NCBI GenBank assembly: GCA_963818475.1
Contig: CAWFSF010000005.1
Span: 733,035-797,034, forward strand
Source of the DNA: Nitrospirota bacterium
GTDB taxonomy: Bacteria > Nitrospirota > UBA9217
Reading direction: 5' to 3'
Length of the DNA stretch: 64,000 nt
In this document: piece after piece, positions 9,925 through 20,684 of the stretch
How positions within the stretch are numbered: the stretch's first letter is position 1
Layout of the letters: each line of letters opens with the position of its first letter
Notes under the pieces: generated by a model
Database searches by the model: none
What the model saw: the letters and a program-made list of their open reading frames with translations, nothing else
Told to the model about the DNA's origin: nothing
Position numbers and translations under genes: made by a program

Positions 9925-12224
9925 TTAGATTCCTTTGTAACTAACATCAGCCGCCTTCACCCCGCACTGCCAGCAGAATTTTGCGCCCACTCTCAGGGAA
10001 CTGCCGCAGCCTGCGCAGGTCCTTTTGCTTTGTTCGCTGAACACGATCGTGGAATTGCCGACATTGATGACATCTCCGTCTTCGAGCACCTGCCTGTATG
10101 CAACGGGTTTTTTGTTCACCAGGGTGCCGGTCTCGGAGCCCTTGTCCTCAATAACGTAGCGGCCGTTCTCCAGCATGACCTCGGCATGGTGCTGCGAGAT
10201 GTCCTGGTCCTTGAAAAGACCGAGCGTGTTCTGCTCGTCCCTGCCGATGGTAACGGTCGAGCCGATGTCAATGTCCTTCTTCGTTCCCTGGCCCCGAACC
10301 AGGCTCAGGTGGCCCGTCTGGTACTGTTGGTCGATCTTCCTGAGCGACAGCTTTACGAATCCCAGGATGCTCATAAGCGGGATGGCAAAAGCCCAGGTTG
10401 GCGGCTTGGCGCCCGCGCCAAAGAGGGACGACTCAGGCTGGAAATAGGCGCGCACCGTGCGTTCTCCGGTACCGAGCACGATCGTCACGCTCCTGAGATA
10501 GTCGGCCCGCTTCTGCGTACGGTAGGTGATGACGTACTCGTTATGTATCCTGTTGCTGATGGTCGAATAGATGTCGGCCAGTCCGTCGGCCAGGGGCGTG
10601 TAATAATAGGTGCCGCCTGTGTTTTTGGCGATCCCTTCAAGCCGCGCGGTCCTGACGTCATTTCCGAGGCCGATCACGGAAACCGAAACGTATGCCTTGG
10701 TCGCCGTCTCGATCGCCTGGTTAAGGTCGATGGCGCCGCGGTTCGCTATCCCATCGGTCAGAACGATCACTGCCCTCCGGCCCGAGACGCCGCGGAGCGA
10801 TTCCACACCGCGGGCGATCGCATCAAAGAGCGCCGTATGGCCGCCTGGCTGAATGTTCAGCACGACGCTCCGGAGATCTTCCTGGCTGTTGGCCAGAGGC
10901 TCCAGCGCGTCCACCTGATCGCTGAATGAAAAGAGCGCCACACGGTCGCCGGGTTCCATGAGCGAGATGAAGCGAAGCACCGACTCCTTTGCACGCTCGA
11001 GCTTTTCGCCGGTCATGGATCCGCTCCGGTCCAGCACGATCGCAAGGCTGAGCGGATCGCGAAGGCCGCCCGCCCCGGCCGGCTGCAGACTGTCGATCGC
11101 AACGTCCTCCTTATTTTCAGTGATCGTCACCTGCTCCTTCGCCAGCCCCCGGACCGGTTTGCCGTTCGCGTCAAGCACGGAAACATAGGCCTTGACCTGC
11201 GGAAAATTTCCCAGATCGAACTGCGTGATCTGGAGCGATGCCGGCCCGTCCGCCTGCGCCGCCATTCCACCTCCGGCCATCCCGAAGAGGGTGATCAGCA
11301 ATATCGCGGCCATTGCCGCGGCTTTCTCGGCAACCCTGACTGCCGCCTGCTTGACCGCGGTGAACAGGAGGAGGACGCTGCCCACGCGCACCACATCGCC
11401 GTCCGTGAGACTGCTGCTGTGCGTCATTTTCTGGTTCACGTACACGGCCGTTCCCCGCTCGTCGGTCTCGATGGAGAAGCGACCCTTGTTCCGCTTGATG
11501 ACGGCGTGCTGCAGGCCCACACCTTCCGCGCCGGAAAGGCATACATCGGAGCGGTCGTCCCGGCCCACCGCGTTCAGGTCCTTCAGGAGCGGGAAGGCCC
11601 TGCCGAGGTGCCTTCCCTTGACGACCTTCAGGGTCGCCGAAACAAAGGCCTCTTCAACAAGGCTGATGAATGCTCCGATGGACATCCCGAGAAACATGAG
11701 CCCGGCAAGGGCCGACCACAGGGAGGTCGCGGACAGCTCATAGAACAGCGCCCCGCCGAACAATCCGCCGAGCGCGCCGCCGAGGAACCCGTAGAAGGCC
11801 CGCTCGCGGGAGCGTATCATCAGGCCGCCGGTCAGCCCCACTATTGCGCCGAGAATGGCCCAACCGAGAGCCACCGAAAGAGCCATGCCGAGCGACGCAG
11901 TGAATCCGCCATATTCGGCCACGATCATGCCGAGTGCGGCGAAGGTCGTATTACCCAGGGCCGCGCCTGCCGCGCCGCCGCAGAGGCCGGCAGCAGCGCC
12001 GTATGCCGCGCGCTTCATCGCTGTCCGGAACTGCCTGCCGGAAAGCGCCTCGTGGCTCCAGATAAAGGCGCCGATGAACATGCCCGCAAGCGCGCCGAGC
12101 ATGATCTCCGTCGCAGCCCTTGATCGGCTGCCGCTGACAGCCAAAGAATGAATATCCAGGCAGCCGAGCCGCCGAGACCGCCCGCAGCGCCGTACAGGAT
12201 CGTTTTATGTGAGAGTCTGTTCAT
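9925..12224 (-). CDS. Multi-TM FHA-VWA-FHA-zinc ribbon protein (indel near 12115)
   Basis: Gly-rich TM helices, FHA-like domain, VWA MIDAS (DRSGSM, TALFDA, LTDG), second FHA (GR, SQHHA), CAGC...CWQC ribbon. True N-terminus MNRLSHKTILYG lies in the adjacent frame from 12224. Confidence 0.85.
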
Positions 12225-12360
12225 AGTGGCTCCTTTGCACATCAGTAGCAAGTAGCAAGGGTCAAGTAGCAAGGGGAGCAGAATTCTGTAGCAAGTAGCT
12301 GGAAATCCCTTGCTACTCGCCCTTACCTTGCCACTTGCTACTTGCCACTTGCCCCTGCCC

Positions 12361-12804
12361 TTACGCCGCCTGCAGCGTCAGCGCCAGTTTGCCGAACCTG
12401 AGCTCATCGCCCGCCTTGATCGTCTGCGGAGCGTGGGGCTGGATCTTCTTCTTGTTGAGGTAGGTCCCGTTGGTGGACCCCATGTCCTCGACCGTATAAG
12501 CCGCGCCTGCGCGATGAATGACCGCATGTTTGCGCGACACGCCTTTTTCCATGCCACCGAGTCCGGTCAGATCCAGATCCGGGAACATTTCGCTGATCGG
12601 GTCTTCCCTGCCGACAACGATCTCATCCTTGGCCGGCATCTCCAACCTGCTCCCGTCCGAGGACGCGAGTACCAGGGTTGTCCCTTCGCCTTCCGATTCA
12701 ACGGCGCTATCCTTACTGTCGCTCATTGCTTCAAGCTTTACGCCGCACTCCTCGCAAAAGAGCGCACCTTCTATGTTTTCCGTCTGACATGCTGTGCATT
12801 TCAT
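12361..12804 (-). CDS. Zinc ribbon + FHA protein
   Basis: CTAC...CEECG ribbon; VGR, VSRKHA, DMGSTNGT. Confidence 0.9.
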   Translation of the reverse strand: MKCTACQTENIEGALFCEECGVKLEAMSDSKDSAVESEGEGTTLVLASSDGSRLEMPAKDEIVVGREDPISEMFPDLDLTGLGGMEKGVSRKHAVIHRAGAAYTVEDMGSTNGTYLNKKKIQPHAPQTIKAGDELRFGKLALTLQAA

Positions 12805-12908
12805 GGTAGTTTCCTCCCGTTTTTAATTTCGGATTTCGGATTATATTTGCCTTTACTGGACACTGAATCCTGGCCCCTGGACCCTGCCCCCCCGAACCTT
12901 GCTACTTG

Positions 12909-14197
12909 CTACTTGCCCCTACACCCGCACCCCGTACCCCGGACCGCCTGAACCCTGCCCCCCAGCTTCCGCGTGCCGTATTCCAGCTTCTTGGTCCCCG
13001 CCGCCGTGAGCGCACCCGTCTTCCTGAGCGAGAGGATCTCCCTTTCCGCTGCCGCTGCCAGGTCGTCCTCTCCCAGGTTCAGCAGCACCGTTGCCGCTGA
13101 CTGCAGCTTCTGCGTCGCTGCCAGCAATGTTGCCCGCTTCTAACTCGGTAAGCGCTCTGGTCTGGAGCTTGAACGCGCTGATCTTCTCAACAAGGTTCAT
13201 GACCTCTGCGTTCACTTTTGCCGCAGCCGCGGCGTCGGCGCTCACGGTGATGAACAGGTCCGTTTTTACGCTTTGCCCCTTGACGCCCTGCGACGGTATG
13301 TCATAGGTGGCCTCCACCTGGCCCAGTTGGAACTTGCCCGCTTTCCGTGCCGGTATGCGCGATTCGATCAGCAAGAGCCTGGCCTTTTTTGCCGTCCAGC
13401 GATCCGAGGTCGGCGATGATGGAACCGCTGCTCACTACTTTACGGGTCACATCGGAGATCATCGGAACCGTCGAGTGCACCTTGAACGGCCTTACCCCGG
13501 CGCTCATGCGGGCCGTGATCTTGAGGTTCGTTGCAGCAACGGCCTGCATGCCTTCCATCTCTTGCTGAAATGCATCGAGGACGGCGATGGGGTTCTGGAT
13601 CCAATGCGAATTGCCATGAGACCGCTCCGCAAGCTGGAGCAGGAGCTTCTCGTTCCATTCATTGCCGATGCCGATGCTCGTGATCGCGATGCCCTGTTTT
13701 CCCGCCTCTTCGGCAAGCTTGAGGCAGGCGTCCTCGTCATCCCAGGTCTGTCCGTCCGTAAGCAGGAGGATCCGGTTCACGCGGTCCTTGGCATACCCCT
13801 TCATGACCTCGGCCAGTCCGGCCTTAAGCCCGTCCGATATCTGCGTGCCGCCCCGCGGGATCACGTTGGCAATCGCTGCCTTGATCGCTTCGCGGTTCTT
13901 CGCCGCCTGGTTCGGTATCAGCGTCTCGACCTGGTCGTCGAAGATCGTGACGGAGACAAGGTCGGCATCGCTCAAATGGTCCACGACGTAGCCGATCGCT
14001 TCTTTCACGTTGTCCATCTTTTCGCCGTCCATGGACCCGCTCCGGTCCAGCACCAGGGCGAAGTTCGCCGGCATCATGCCGAGCAGTGCCCCGCCCTTGG
14101 ACTTGATGTCTATCAGCGTGTAGATCGCCTGTTCCGTTTCAGTTGCCGATACAGTGTCCTTGCTCATAACGCACCGTACGTTCAATTCGTTCTTCAT
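12909..14197 (-). CDS. VWA domain protein (YfbK-like), split by two indels (~13378, ~13120)
   Basis: DRSGSM, GGTQI, LLTDG; the C-terminal part continues in ORFs 12919-13374 and 12909-13127 (ATQKLQSAATVLLNLGE...TKKLEYGTRKL). Confidence 0.82.
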
Positions 14198-14400
14198 GGT
14201 AAATACCTCCCTTTAATTTACAGTGCAGCCTGAAGTCTTCGCTGCAAGCCGCGCATTCCGCGATGCCCATTGCGCATTTTTTTATCCCCAATACCCATTT
14301 CCCGATCCGCATTACATATTCCGCATTCAGCATTTTCATCTCCATATCCCGGACCCTGTCACCTTGCTCCTTGCTACTCGCCCCTCCCGGACCCTGGACC

Positions 14401-15321
14401 CTACCCCACCTTCACCACCACAGCCGTAACGTTGTCCTTGCCGCCCTTTTCGTTCGCCATGCGCAGCAGCCTCGCGCAGATCTTCTCGCTTTCCTTTTCC
14501 GTCGAGCATATCCCATGGATCTCTTCATCGCTCAGCTCTCCCCAGAGCCCGTCGGTGCACAAAAGAAGACTGCCGCCTTTTTCCAGGTTTACCGTGAAGG
14601 TGTCCACCTTGATCGTCTCGTCGTTGCCGATAGTGCGGTACAGCAGATTGGACTTGGGATGGTTCCTCGCCTCCGCTTTCGTCAGCTTCCCGGTCGACAC
14701 CAGCTTTGCCACCAGGGAATGGTCCTCGGTTATCTGGGTAATGGACCCGTTCTCGATCCAGTAGACCCTGCTGTCTCCCACATTCGCGATATGCGCCGTA
14801 CTGCCCTCGACCAGCGCGAGGCTGAGCGTGGTGCCCATGTTCGATCCCCTGAACCCGCCTTCTTTTCTTACTTCCACGTTTGCAAGCCGGACGACGAGCT
14901 CAACAAGGCCCTTCGGATCATCGGCGTGCGTCGCGTGCCTGCTGACCTCCTTGCATACCGTTTTCACCGCGATCTTGCTTGCGATCTCTCCCGCATCGTG
15001 CCCGCCCATGCCGTCGGCCACGACAAACAGCGACCGGCTTCCAAAATCCTGGCACGCAAAGTTGTCTTCGTTGTGCGGCCTCACCATGCCGGTGTCCGTC
15101 ATCCCGTACCAGGCGAGAGCGAGCGAAGCAGCCTTCGGCGGGCCTGTTTCGGCGTCAACCGTTCCTTCCTGATCAGGCCTCAGCCTACTCGTGTAGGCCG
15201 GCTGGAGCACGCGGGTCATTGATGCGAATCCTGCCGCCTTTACTGCTTGAGGAATTTCCCGCGCTTCCTGCAGAGTAAATATGTTCTTCATGCAGCCCAT
15301 CCAATCACGTGTCATGATCAT
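14401..15321 (-). CDS. PP2C-family Ser/Thr phosphatase
   Basis: NEDN, VADGMGG, MGTT, NVGDSR, DHS, LCTDGL, GGKDNVT. Start placed at 15321/15315 from the RBS and the sigma54 promoter. Confidence 0.9.
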   Translation of the reverse strand: MIMTRDWMGCMKNIFTLQEAREIPQAVKAAGFASMTRVLQPAYTSRLRPDQEGTVDAETGPPKAASLALAWYGMTDTGMVRPHNEDNFACQDFGSRSLFVVADGMGGHDAGEIASKIAVKTVCKEVSRHATHADDPKGLVELVVRLANVEVRKEGGFRGSNMGTTLSLALVEGSTAHIANVGDSRVYWIENGSITQITEDHSLVAKLVSTGKLTKAEARNHPKSNLLYRTIGNDETIKVDTFTVNLEKGGSLLLCTDGLWGELSDEEIHGICSTEKESEKICARLLRMANEKGGKDNVTAVVVKVG

Positions 15322-15372
15322 CTCCAGCCCCCTGCTTTTGGGATTAACGTCCGCATGCTTTGACCTGTATTT

Positions 15373-15388
15373 TGCATCTGTTGTGCCA
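15373..15388 (-). promoter_or_regulatory. Sigma54 (-24/-12) promoter of the PP2C-VWA-FHA-kinase operon
   Basis: Minus strand TGGCACAACAGATGCA = GG-N10-GC, about 50 nt before the start codon. Confidence 0.65.
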
Positions 15389-15609
15389 AAGTGAGGGAGG
15401 AGGATCGAGATGGGGCTCAAGGGAAAGAAAAGCGTTAGGTTACGGATGGTTGTGTTTTTGATGAACAGACGGCACTATGCGGCCGGGATAGGCCAGGGGG
15501 AACAATGCATATGATTATCGTAAGGAGGGTATTCGATTTTCGAATAGCTGGGGGAACTGCGGATGGGCTTGCCGGTCGGCTAAAAGGAACGCAGCGTAGC
15601 CGAAAACAC

Positions 15610-15656
15610 ACCTGTCACTATTGACAGGTGACAGAGAACAAAAAATCAAATACAAT
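15610..15656 (+). promoter_or_regulatory. lux-box-like palindrome + sigma70 promoter (copy 1), upstream of the Rhs gene
   Basis: ACCTGTCACTATTGACAGGT overlapping GTGACA-N17-TACAAT. Confidence 0.7.
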
Positions 15657-15865
15657 CTCGCATCAAATTGTCGAGGGCACTTCGATCTAGCGAACTTGGC
15701 GAAAAATCTAGCGTATGGCAAGATGATTCAATGGGAGTAGGCGATTTTGCAGAATAATTCATGGTTTCAGTCTGACCGCTATCTGCCCGGGTGAGCTTGA
15801 AACAGCTCGATGTACGATACATGAACAGATCCGTCGGGAATTCGTGGATATTTAAGGGGGGCGTC

Positions 15866-18800
15866 TTGAACAAACAACTCATATTTTTACCCGGTTTTCT
15901 GCTGGTGGCTCTCTGCGCGAACGCATGGGGCGCAACTGGAACGGTCTCGATAACGAATCCAAAGGACGATATTACAATTACGGATAATAATGTTGTGGTC
16001 AATGGGACTTATTCCCTGACCTCGGACGCCACTCCAAGAGGATATGGCCCGAATGGCTTCCCCTGCTCGGATGGAGTTGGGGGAGTATATCGACTTCCTT
16101 ATCAACCTGATGAACATAACGCGAATACCGGTGTGTATGCCAAACTTCAATATACTCTGGACGGCCAGGTAATCACCAGCTCGCATGTCATCAGGGGAAT
16201 CGGGACAGGCTCTTTTGGTAAAACTTTTTACGGCCTTGCTTTTGGTGTCAATCATACGATCACGGTTTCATTAATAGACATATGGGGCGCAACGTGCGCA
16301 GGAAATGGGTGGACCGGCAGTCCCGTGACAGGGGACCAGATTGGACAGGATTCGCATACCTTCCTCATATGCGCCCTGACGATCAGTAGTTTTACCAGCG
16401 ATGTAAGTCAAATCGACCCGGGAGCGGGAAATATAGCGAACTTGCGCGGTACGATAGCAGGCGCCGGAACTTCCCCAACATGGACCCTGGATATTAAAGA
16501 TCAAAGCGGAAAGGTCGTGCAATCGTTCGCGGGTTCAGGATCTGCTGTATCCGCTCAATGGGACGGCAAAGACGGCGCAGGCCAATCGGTACAGGATGGA
16601 ACGTACACGGCAACGCTTGTCGCAAAAGCGGGGAGCGATGCCTGCACGCAGAGCAAAAGCCTTACGATCAACGTCAAGAACTCCTGTCAGCTTAAAATAA
16701 CAACCATCAGCGGCTCGAGCGAAACTATAGACCCGATTGCCGGTGGAAGCGTTAAGGTTTCCGCCGATATCTATGATATCCCGGGCGCGTCTTACACCTG
16801 GGAATTTACTTTGCCGAACGGGAAAAGCGTCAGCGGCAGCGCTTCCGGCAGCACTAAGGCTTCGGCGACGTGGGATGGCCGTAACGCGAATGGCAAAATC
16901 ATGAAACCGGAACCGGGGCAGACAATCTCGGCAACGATTATTCTAAAAGTCACGGACACAAAAAACCCCGGCTGCGCCGACAGTGAAACAAAGAACGTAA
17001 CCATATCATGGACCAATGATTGTAAACTTCAAATAACTTTCGGGTCTTCGGCCAATGCGGCATCCGGCAATCTTTCTCACAGCCAGCCGGTGTTTTCGAC
17101 AAAAGGCGCAAGTCTCCCCACAAGTATCACTCTTTACTACAATAGTCTTGATTCGTATAACGGTCCGCTTGGAATCGGGTGGACCCATAACTACAATAGC
17201 GCAATCGGCGAGAGCAGCGATGGTTACGTGGTCTTACAAGAAGGTGACGGCGGAAGAAATGTCTACACGAAGAGCGGCAACGGATATATTTCTCAATCGG
17301 GGGATTATTCCGTGTTGTCAAGAAATACAGACGGAACGTTTGTTGTTGCCCAAAAGGACGGAACGACGTACAACTTCGGAACCAACGGCAAGATCGCGTC
17401 CATCGTCGACCGAAACGGTAATGCCATGTCGTTCGCTTACACTAATGGCAATCTGATAACGATCACCGATTCTGCCGGAAGGGTCACGACGATACGCTAC
17501 GATATGGCCAACCATGTCGCCTCGATCACCGATCCGAGCGGCAACGTCAATTCGTTCACAGTAAACAATAACACGCTGACGAGCGTTGCCTATCCCGGCG
17601 GAGGAACATGGTCCTACGCCTATGACGCCGCCTTCATGCTCACCAAGACCGACCCGAACGGCAATACGACGACATACACCTATGACGATCAGCACCGGGT
17701 AGCCTCGTCCCTTGCCGAGGGAAATACAAGACTCATCAGTTATCCCACGAATACCGGCACTACGAAGACCACGACTTTCACGGAAACAGACGGCGGCGTG
17801 TGGCAGTACACCTACGACACCCAGGCAGGCACGCTCACGCAGAAGACCGACCCCCAGGGCGGCGTTACGAGTTACACCTATGATGGTAACCGGAACACGC
17901 TCTCAACAACTGAACCCGATGGCAGCGCTACGACCTACACCTATGATGCAAGCGGTAATATGGCCTCAGTCACTGACGCCCTCGGCCAGACTACGAGCTA
18001 CACGTACAATACCTTTGGTCAGGTTTTGACTGTCACTGATAGCCAGGGGAACACCACGACCAACGGCTATGATGAAAAAGGCAATCTCACGTCAACGACC
18101 GATGCGACCGGCGCAACCACGAGTTACGAGTATGACACGCAGGGACATGTCACAAAAATGACAAATCCCGTCGGCCAGTCAACCGAATTCACTTATGACC
18201 AGAGCGGCAATCTCTCCTCTGTCACCGATCCCACCGGAGCAACCACATCTTTTACGTACGACGCTGCAGGCAATGTCACAAGCCAGACCGATGCAAATGG
18301 CAACACCACCCGCTTTGAATACGACAGCGATAACCGCCTGACCAAAGTCACTGACCCGGCAGGCAATGTCACGACCTTCGGCTACGACAAGAACGGCAAC
18401 CGCACATCCCAGACCGACGCCAACGGGAACGTGACCCGCTTCGAGTACAATGCCAAAGGGCAGTTGATAAAGGCCATTGACGCCCTTGGCAACAGCACAA
18501 CGTACACCTATGGCGGCGCCGGCTGCCCCTCGTGCGGAGGCGGCGGGGATAAGCTCACCTCCATAATTGACGCGAACGGCAACACTACCAGCTATGAATA
18601 CGATCAGCTCGGCCGGAAGACTAAAGAGATCGATGCGCTCGGCAATGCCACGCTGTATTCGTATGACGCAAAAGGGAACATCCTCACCAAGACCGACGCA
18701 AACGGCCATGTAACATCGTTCGTTTATGATCCGCTCGGCAGGGTAAAGGAGCAGACCGATGCGCTCCTGGGAGTGGTGAAATTCGAATATTCCCCAAAAG

Positions 18801-20668
18801 GTCAGGTCACCAAGGTCGTCGATGCTCTTGGCAATGCCACGGACTATGAATATGACACAGCCGGTAGAGTGATAAAGACCGTCTCGCCCGACACCGGCAC
18901 AACCACTTACACGTACAACTCAACCGGCACCCTTGCCACGATAACCGATGCGGGCAACGTAACCATTTCGTATCGGTACGACGCATTGAACAGGCTGACA
19001 ACCATAGACTTTCCGACGGATGTCGATATCGCCTATACCTACGATGACTGCTCAAACGGCAAAGGCCGCGTCTGCACCATGACCGATCAGGCGGGAACGA
19101 CAGAGTACGAATATGAGAAGCGCGGCCGGATCGTAAAAGAAAAAAAGACGATCCTCGGCGTTACCTACACAACAAGCTACTCATACGATAAAGCCGGCAC
19201 GCTTAAAAGCATTACCCTGCCAAGCGGCCGTCAGGTAACCTATACCTACGACAAGGTCAACCGGCCCGCAGGCGTTACCACGAAACTCAAAAACACGACG
19301 GTTCTGGCGAGCAGCATGGCCTACGACCCGGCCTCCAATCTCGCATCCATCACCCTGGGCAACGGTCTCACCCCGTCCTATACGTACAACGCGGCTCGAA
19401 GGATCAGCACGATTGCAGTCCCTGGCGTCATGTCGCTATCATACGGCTATGATCCAATCGGGAACATCACGAACATCACTGATGCGGTCGATCCCGCGAA
19501 GTCAAAAACGTATGCGTATGACTCGCTTGATCGTCTAGCAAGCGCGATGGGGCCATGGGGCACGCTCGCCTGGACCTATGATGCCAACGGCAACCGCCTG
19601 GTTCAGGGGAACGGTGTTCACTACGCTTACACGTATAGCGCAAACCGCCTTGCAACAGTGAGCAACGGCCATATCGATTATTATCAGTACGACAATAACG
19701 GCAATACCACGAATGACGGGCAAAAGGATTTCGTGTATAATCAGAACCAGCGATTGATCAGGGCGGAGCTGGACGGCAAGACCCTCGTGGAATACACGTA
19801 CAACGCCAACGGTCAGCGGGTCATCAAGAAAACGGGGCCGGCAACAACGAACAGCGCCAGCAGTCAGAACATGGTGTACCATTTTGATCTGAACGGAAAA
19901 CTCATTGCGGAAACCGCAGGCAACGGCAAGATGATCGCCGAATACGTCTATCTGAGCAGCCAGCCCCTCGCGATGATCTCGAAGCAGGCAAACAACGAAA
20001 GGACCTATTACTACCACAACGATCATTTAGGTACCCCGCAGAAACTTACCGACGCGACAGGCACCGTTGTATGGTTTGCTGACTACAAGCCCTTTGGTGA
20101 AGCGACGATCACCGAATCCACGATCACGAATAACCTCCGATTCCCCGGACAGTACTACGATGCCGTGACGGGGCTGAATTATAACTATTACAGAGATTAT
20201 AATCCGACGATTGGAAGATACATAGAGAGTGACCCGATCGGAATCCGACGTGGAAAGAACCATCTCTATGTTTACGTCGCGAACAACCCAGCCAAGTTTA
20301 CGGATCCTTGGGGGCTGAAGAATTATTCGAATCCTGATCTAGGTCAATTCGGTCCAGTGCCGAATGCGATATATGATTTTATCGATAATTACTTGAAGAT
20401 GCGGGATGCCAACACTATTGGGGCAGATAAATATTTTCACTGCATGGCAAATTGTCAGGCTGCTAAAGAAGGGCCTGTAGGAAGTGGGATAGCTGGATTG
20501 ACAAGCGAATGCCGCGAGCTTTCTGATGAGCATATAAAGGGAGACCCTCGTTCTGCTTGTGATGCAGATAGAAAAGCAAACCGTTGTGGGAGAGAGGGCA
20601 ATCCAGACGTACCATGTAAAGAAACCTGTTCCCCGTTCCGGCCTGCTGGTCTTGACTCTAAATATTGA
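15866..20668 (+). CDS. Secreted Rhs/YD-repeat polymorphic toxin with serum amyloid A-like C-terminal domain
   Basis: TTG start with RBS and Sec signal; FlgD-Ig-like WDG repeats; DUF6531-like GPLGIGWTHNY; many YD repeats; Rhs core (NLRFPGQYYD...YNYYRDYNP...DPIG); cleavage motif DPWGL at 20303-20317. Confidence 0.92.
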   Translation: MNKQLIFLPGFLLVALCANAWGATGTVSITNPKDDITITDNNVVVNGTYSLTSDATPRGYGPNGFPCSDGVGGVYRLPYQPDEHNANTGVYAKLQYTLDGQVITSSHVIRGIGTGSFGKTFYGLAFGVNHTITVSLIDIWGATCAGNGWTGSPVTGDQIGQDSHTFLICALTISSFTSDVSQIDPGAGNIANLRGTIAGAGTSPTWTLDIKDQSGKVVQSFAGSGSAVSAQWDGKDGAGQSVQDGTYTATLVAKAGSDACTQSKSLTINVKNSCQLKITTISGSSETIDPIAGGSVKVSADIYDIPGASYTWEFTLPNGKSVSGSASGSTKASATWDGRNANGKIMKPEPGQTISATIILKVTDTKNPGCADSETKNVTISWTNDCKLQITFGSSANAASGNLSHSQPVFSTKGASLPTSITLYYNSLDSYNGPLGIGWTHNYNSAIGESSDGYVVLQEGDGGRNVYTKSGNGYISQSGDYSVLSRNTDGTFVVAQKDGTTYNFGTNGKIASIVDRNGNAMSFAYTNGNLITITDSAGRVTTIRYDMANHVASITDPSGNVNSFTVNNNTLTSVAYPGGGTWSYAYDAAFMLTKTDPNGNTTTYTYDDQHRVASSLAEGNTRLISYPTNTGTTKTTTFTETDGGVWQYTYDTQAGTLTQKTDPQGGVTSYTYDGNRNTLSTTEPDGSATTYTYDASGNMASVTDALGQTTSYTYNTFGQVLTVTDSQGNTTTNGYDEKGNLTSTTDATGATTSYEYDTQGHVTKMTNPVGQSTEFTYDQSGNLSSVTDPTGATTSFTYDAAGNVTSQTDANGNTTRFEYDSDNRLTKVTDPAGNVTTFGYDKNGNRTSQTDANGNVTRFEYNAKGQLIKAIDALGNSTTYTYGGAGCPSCGGGGDKLTSIIDANGNTTSYEYDQLGRKTKEIDALGNATLYSYDAKGNILTKTDANGHVTSFVYDPLGRVKEQTDALLGVVKFEYSPKGQVTKVVDALGNATDYEYDTAGRVIKTVSPDTGTTTYTYNSTGTLATITDAGNVTISYRYDALNRLTTIDFPTDVDIAYTYDDCSNGKGRVCTMTDQAGTTEYEYEKRGRIVKEKKTILGVTYTTSYSYDKAGTLKSITLPSGRQVTYTYDKVNRPAGVTTKLKNTTVLASSMAYDPASNLASITLGNGLTPSYTYNAARRISTIAVPGVMSLSYGYDPIGNITNITDAVDPAKSKTYAYDSLDRLASAMGPWGTLAWTYDANGNRLVQGNGVHYAYTYSANRLATVSNGHIDYYQYDNNGNTTNDGQKDFVYNQNQRLIRAELDGKTLVEYTYNANGQRVIKKTGPATTNSASSQNMVYHFDLNGKLIAETAGNGKMIAEYVYLSSQPLAMISKQANNERTYYYHNDHLGTPQKLTDATGTVVWFADYKPFGEATITESTITNNLRFPGQYYDAVTGLNYNYYRDYNPTIGRYIESDPIGIRRGKNHLYVYVANNPAKFTDPWGLKNYSNPDLGQFGPVPNAIYDFIDNYLKMRDANTIGADKYFHCMANCQAAKEGPVGSGIAGLTSECRELSDEHIKGDPRSACDADRKANRCGREGNPDVPCKETCSPFRPAGLDSKY

Positions 20669-20684
20669 TCACGAGGTGTTAACC

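Larger units (their letters stand above)
3196..14345. repeat. Dispersed intergenic REP-like palindromes and heptamer tracts
   Basis: CGCAGAGGCGCAGAG/CTCTGCG..CTCTGCG type at 5330-5435, 6770-6878, 8348-8442, 9798-9898; CACGAAG type at 3205-3292; TAGCAAG tracts at 12243-12355 and 12897-12916; CCGCATT tracts at 14250-14335. Confidence 0.7.

Noticed and set aside
12243-12355. Short repeats as a CRISPR array (also the 5-copy palindrome and 55476-55515)
   Set aside because: No constant 23-47 bp repeat with regular unique spacers and no cas genes; these are heptamer tracts or dispersed sites.
49-14233. Long antisense ORFs (e.g. 49-618, 6974-7972, 9901-10929, 13307-14233)
   Set aside because: They lie opposite genes with clear motifs and are the expected high-GC codon shadows.
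8506-15321. TerY-P defence triad or T6SS regulatory locus
   Set aside because: The VWA proteins are long YfbK-like or membrane FHA fusions rather than small TerY; the PP2Cs are canonical; no tss, vgrG, hcp or PAAR genes are present.
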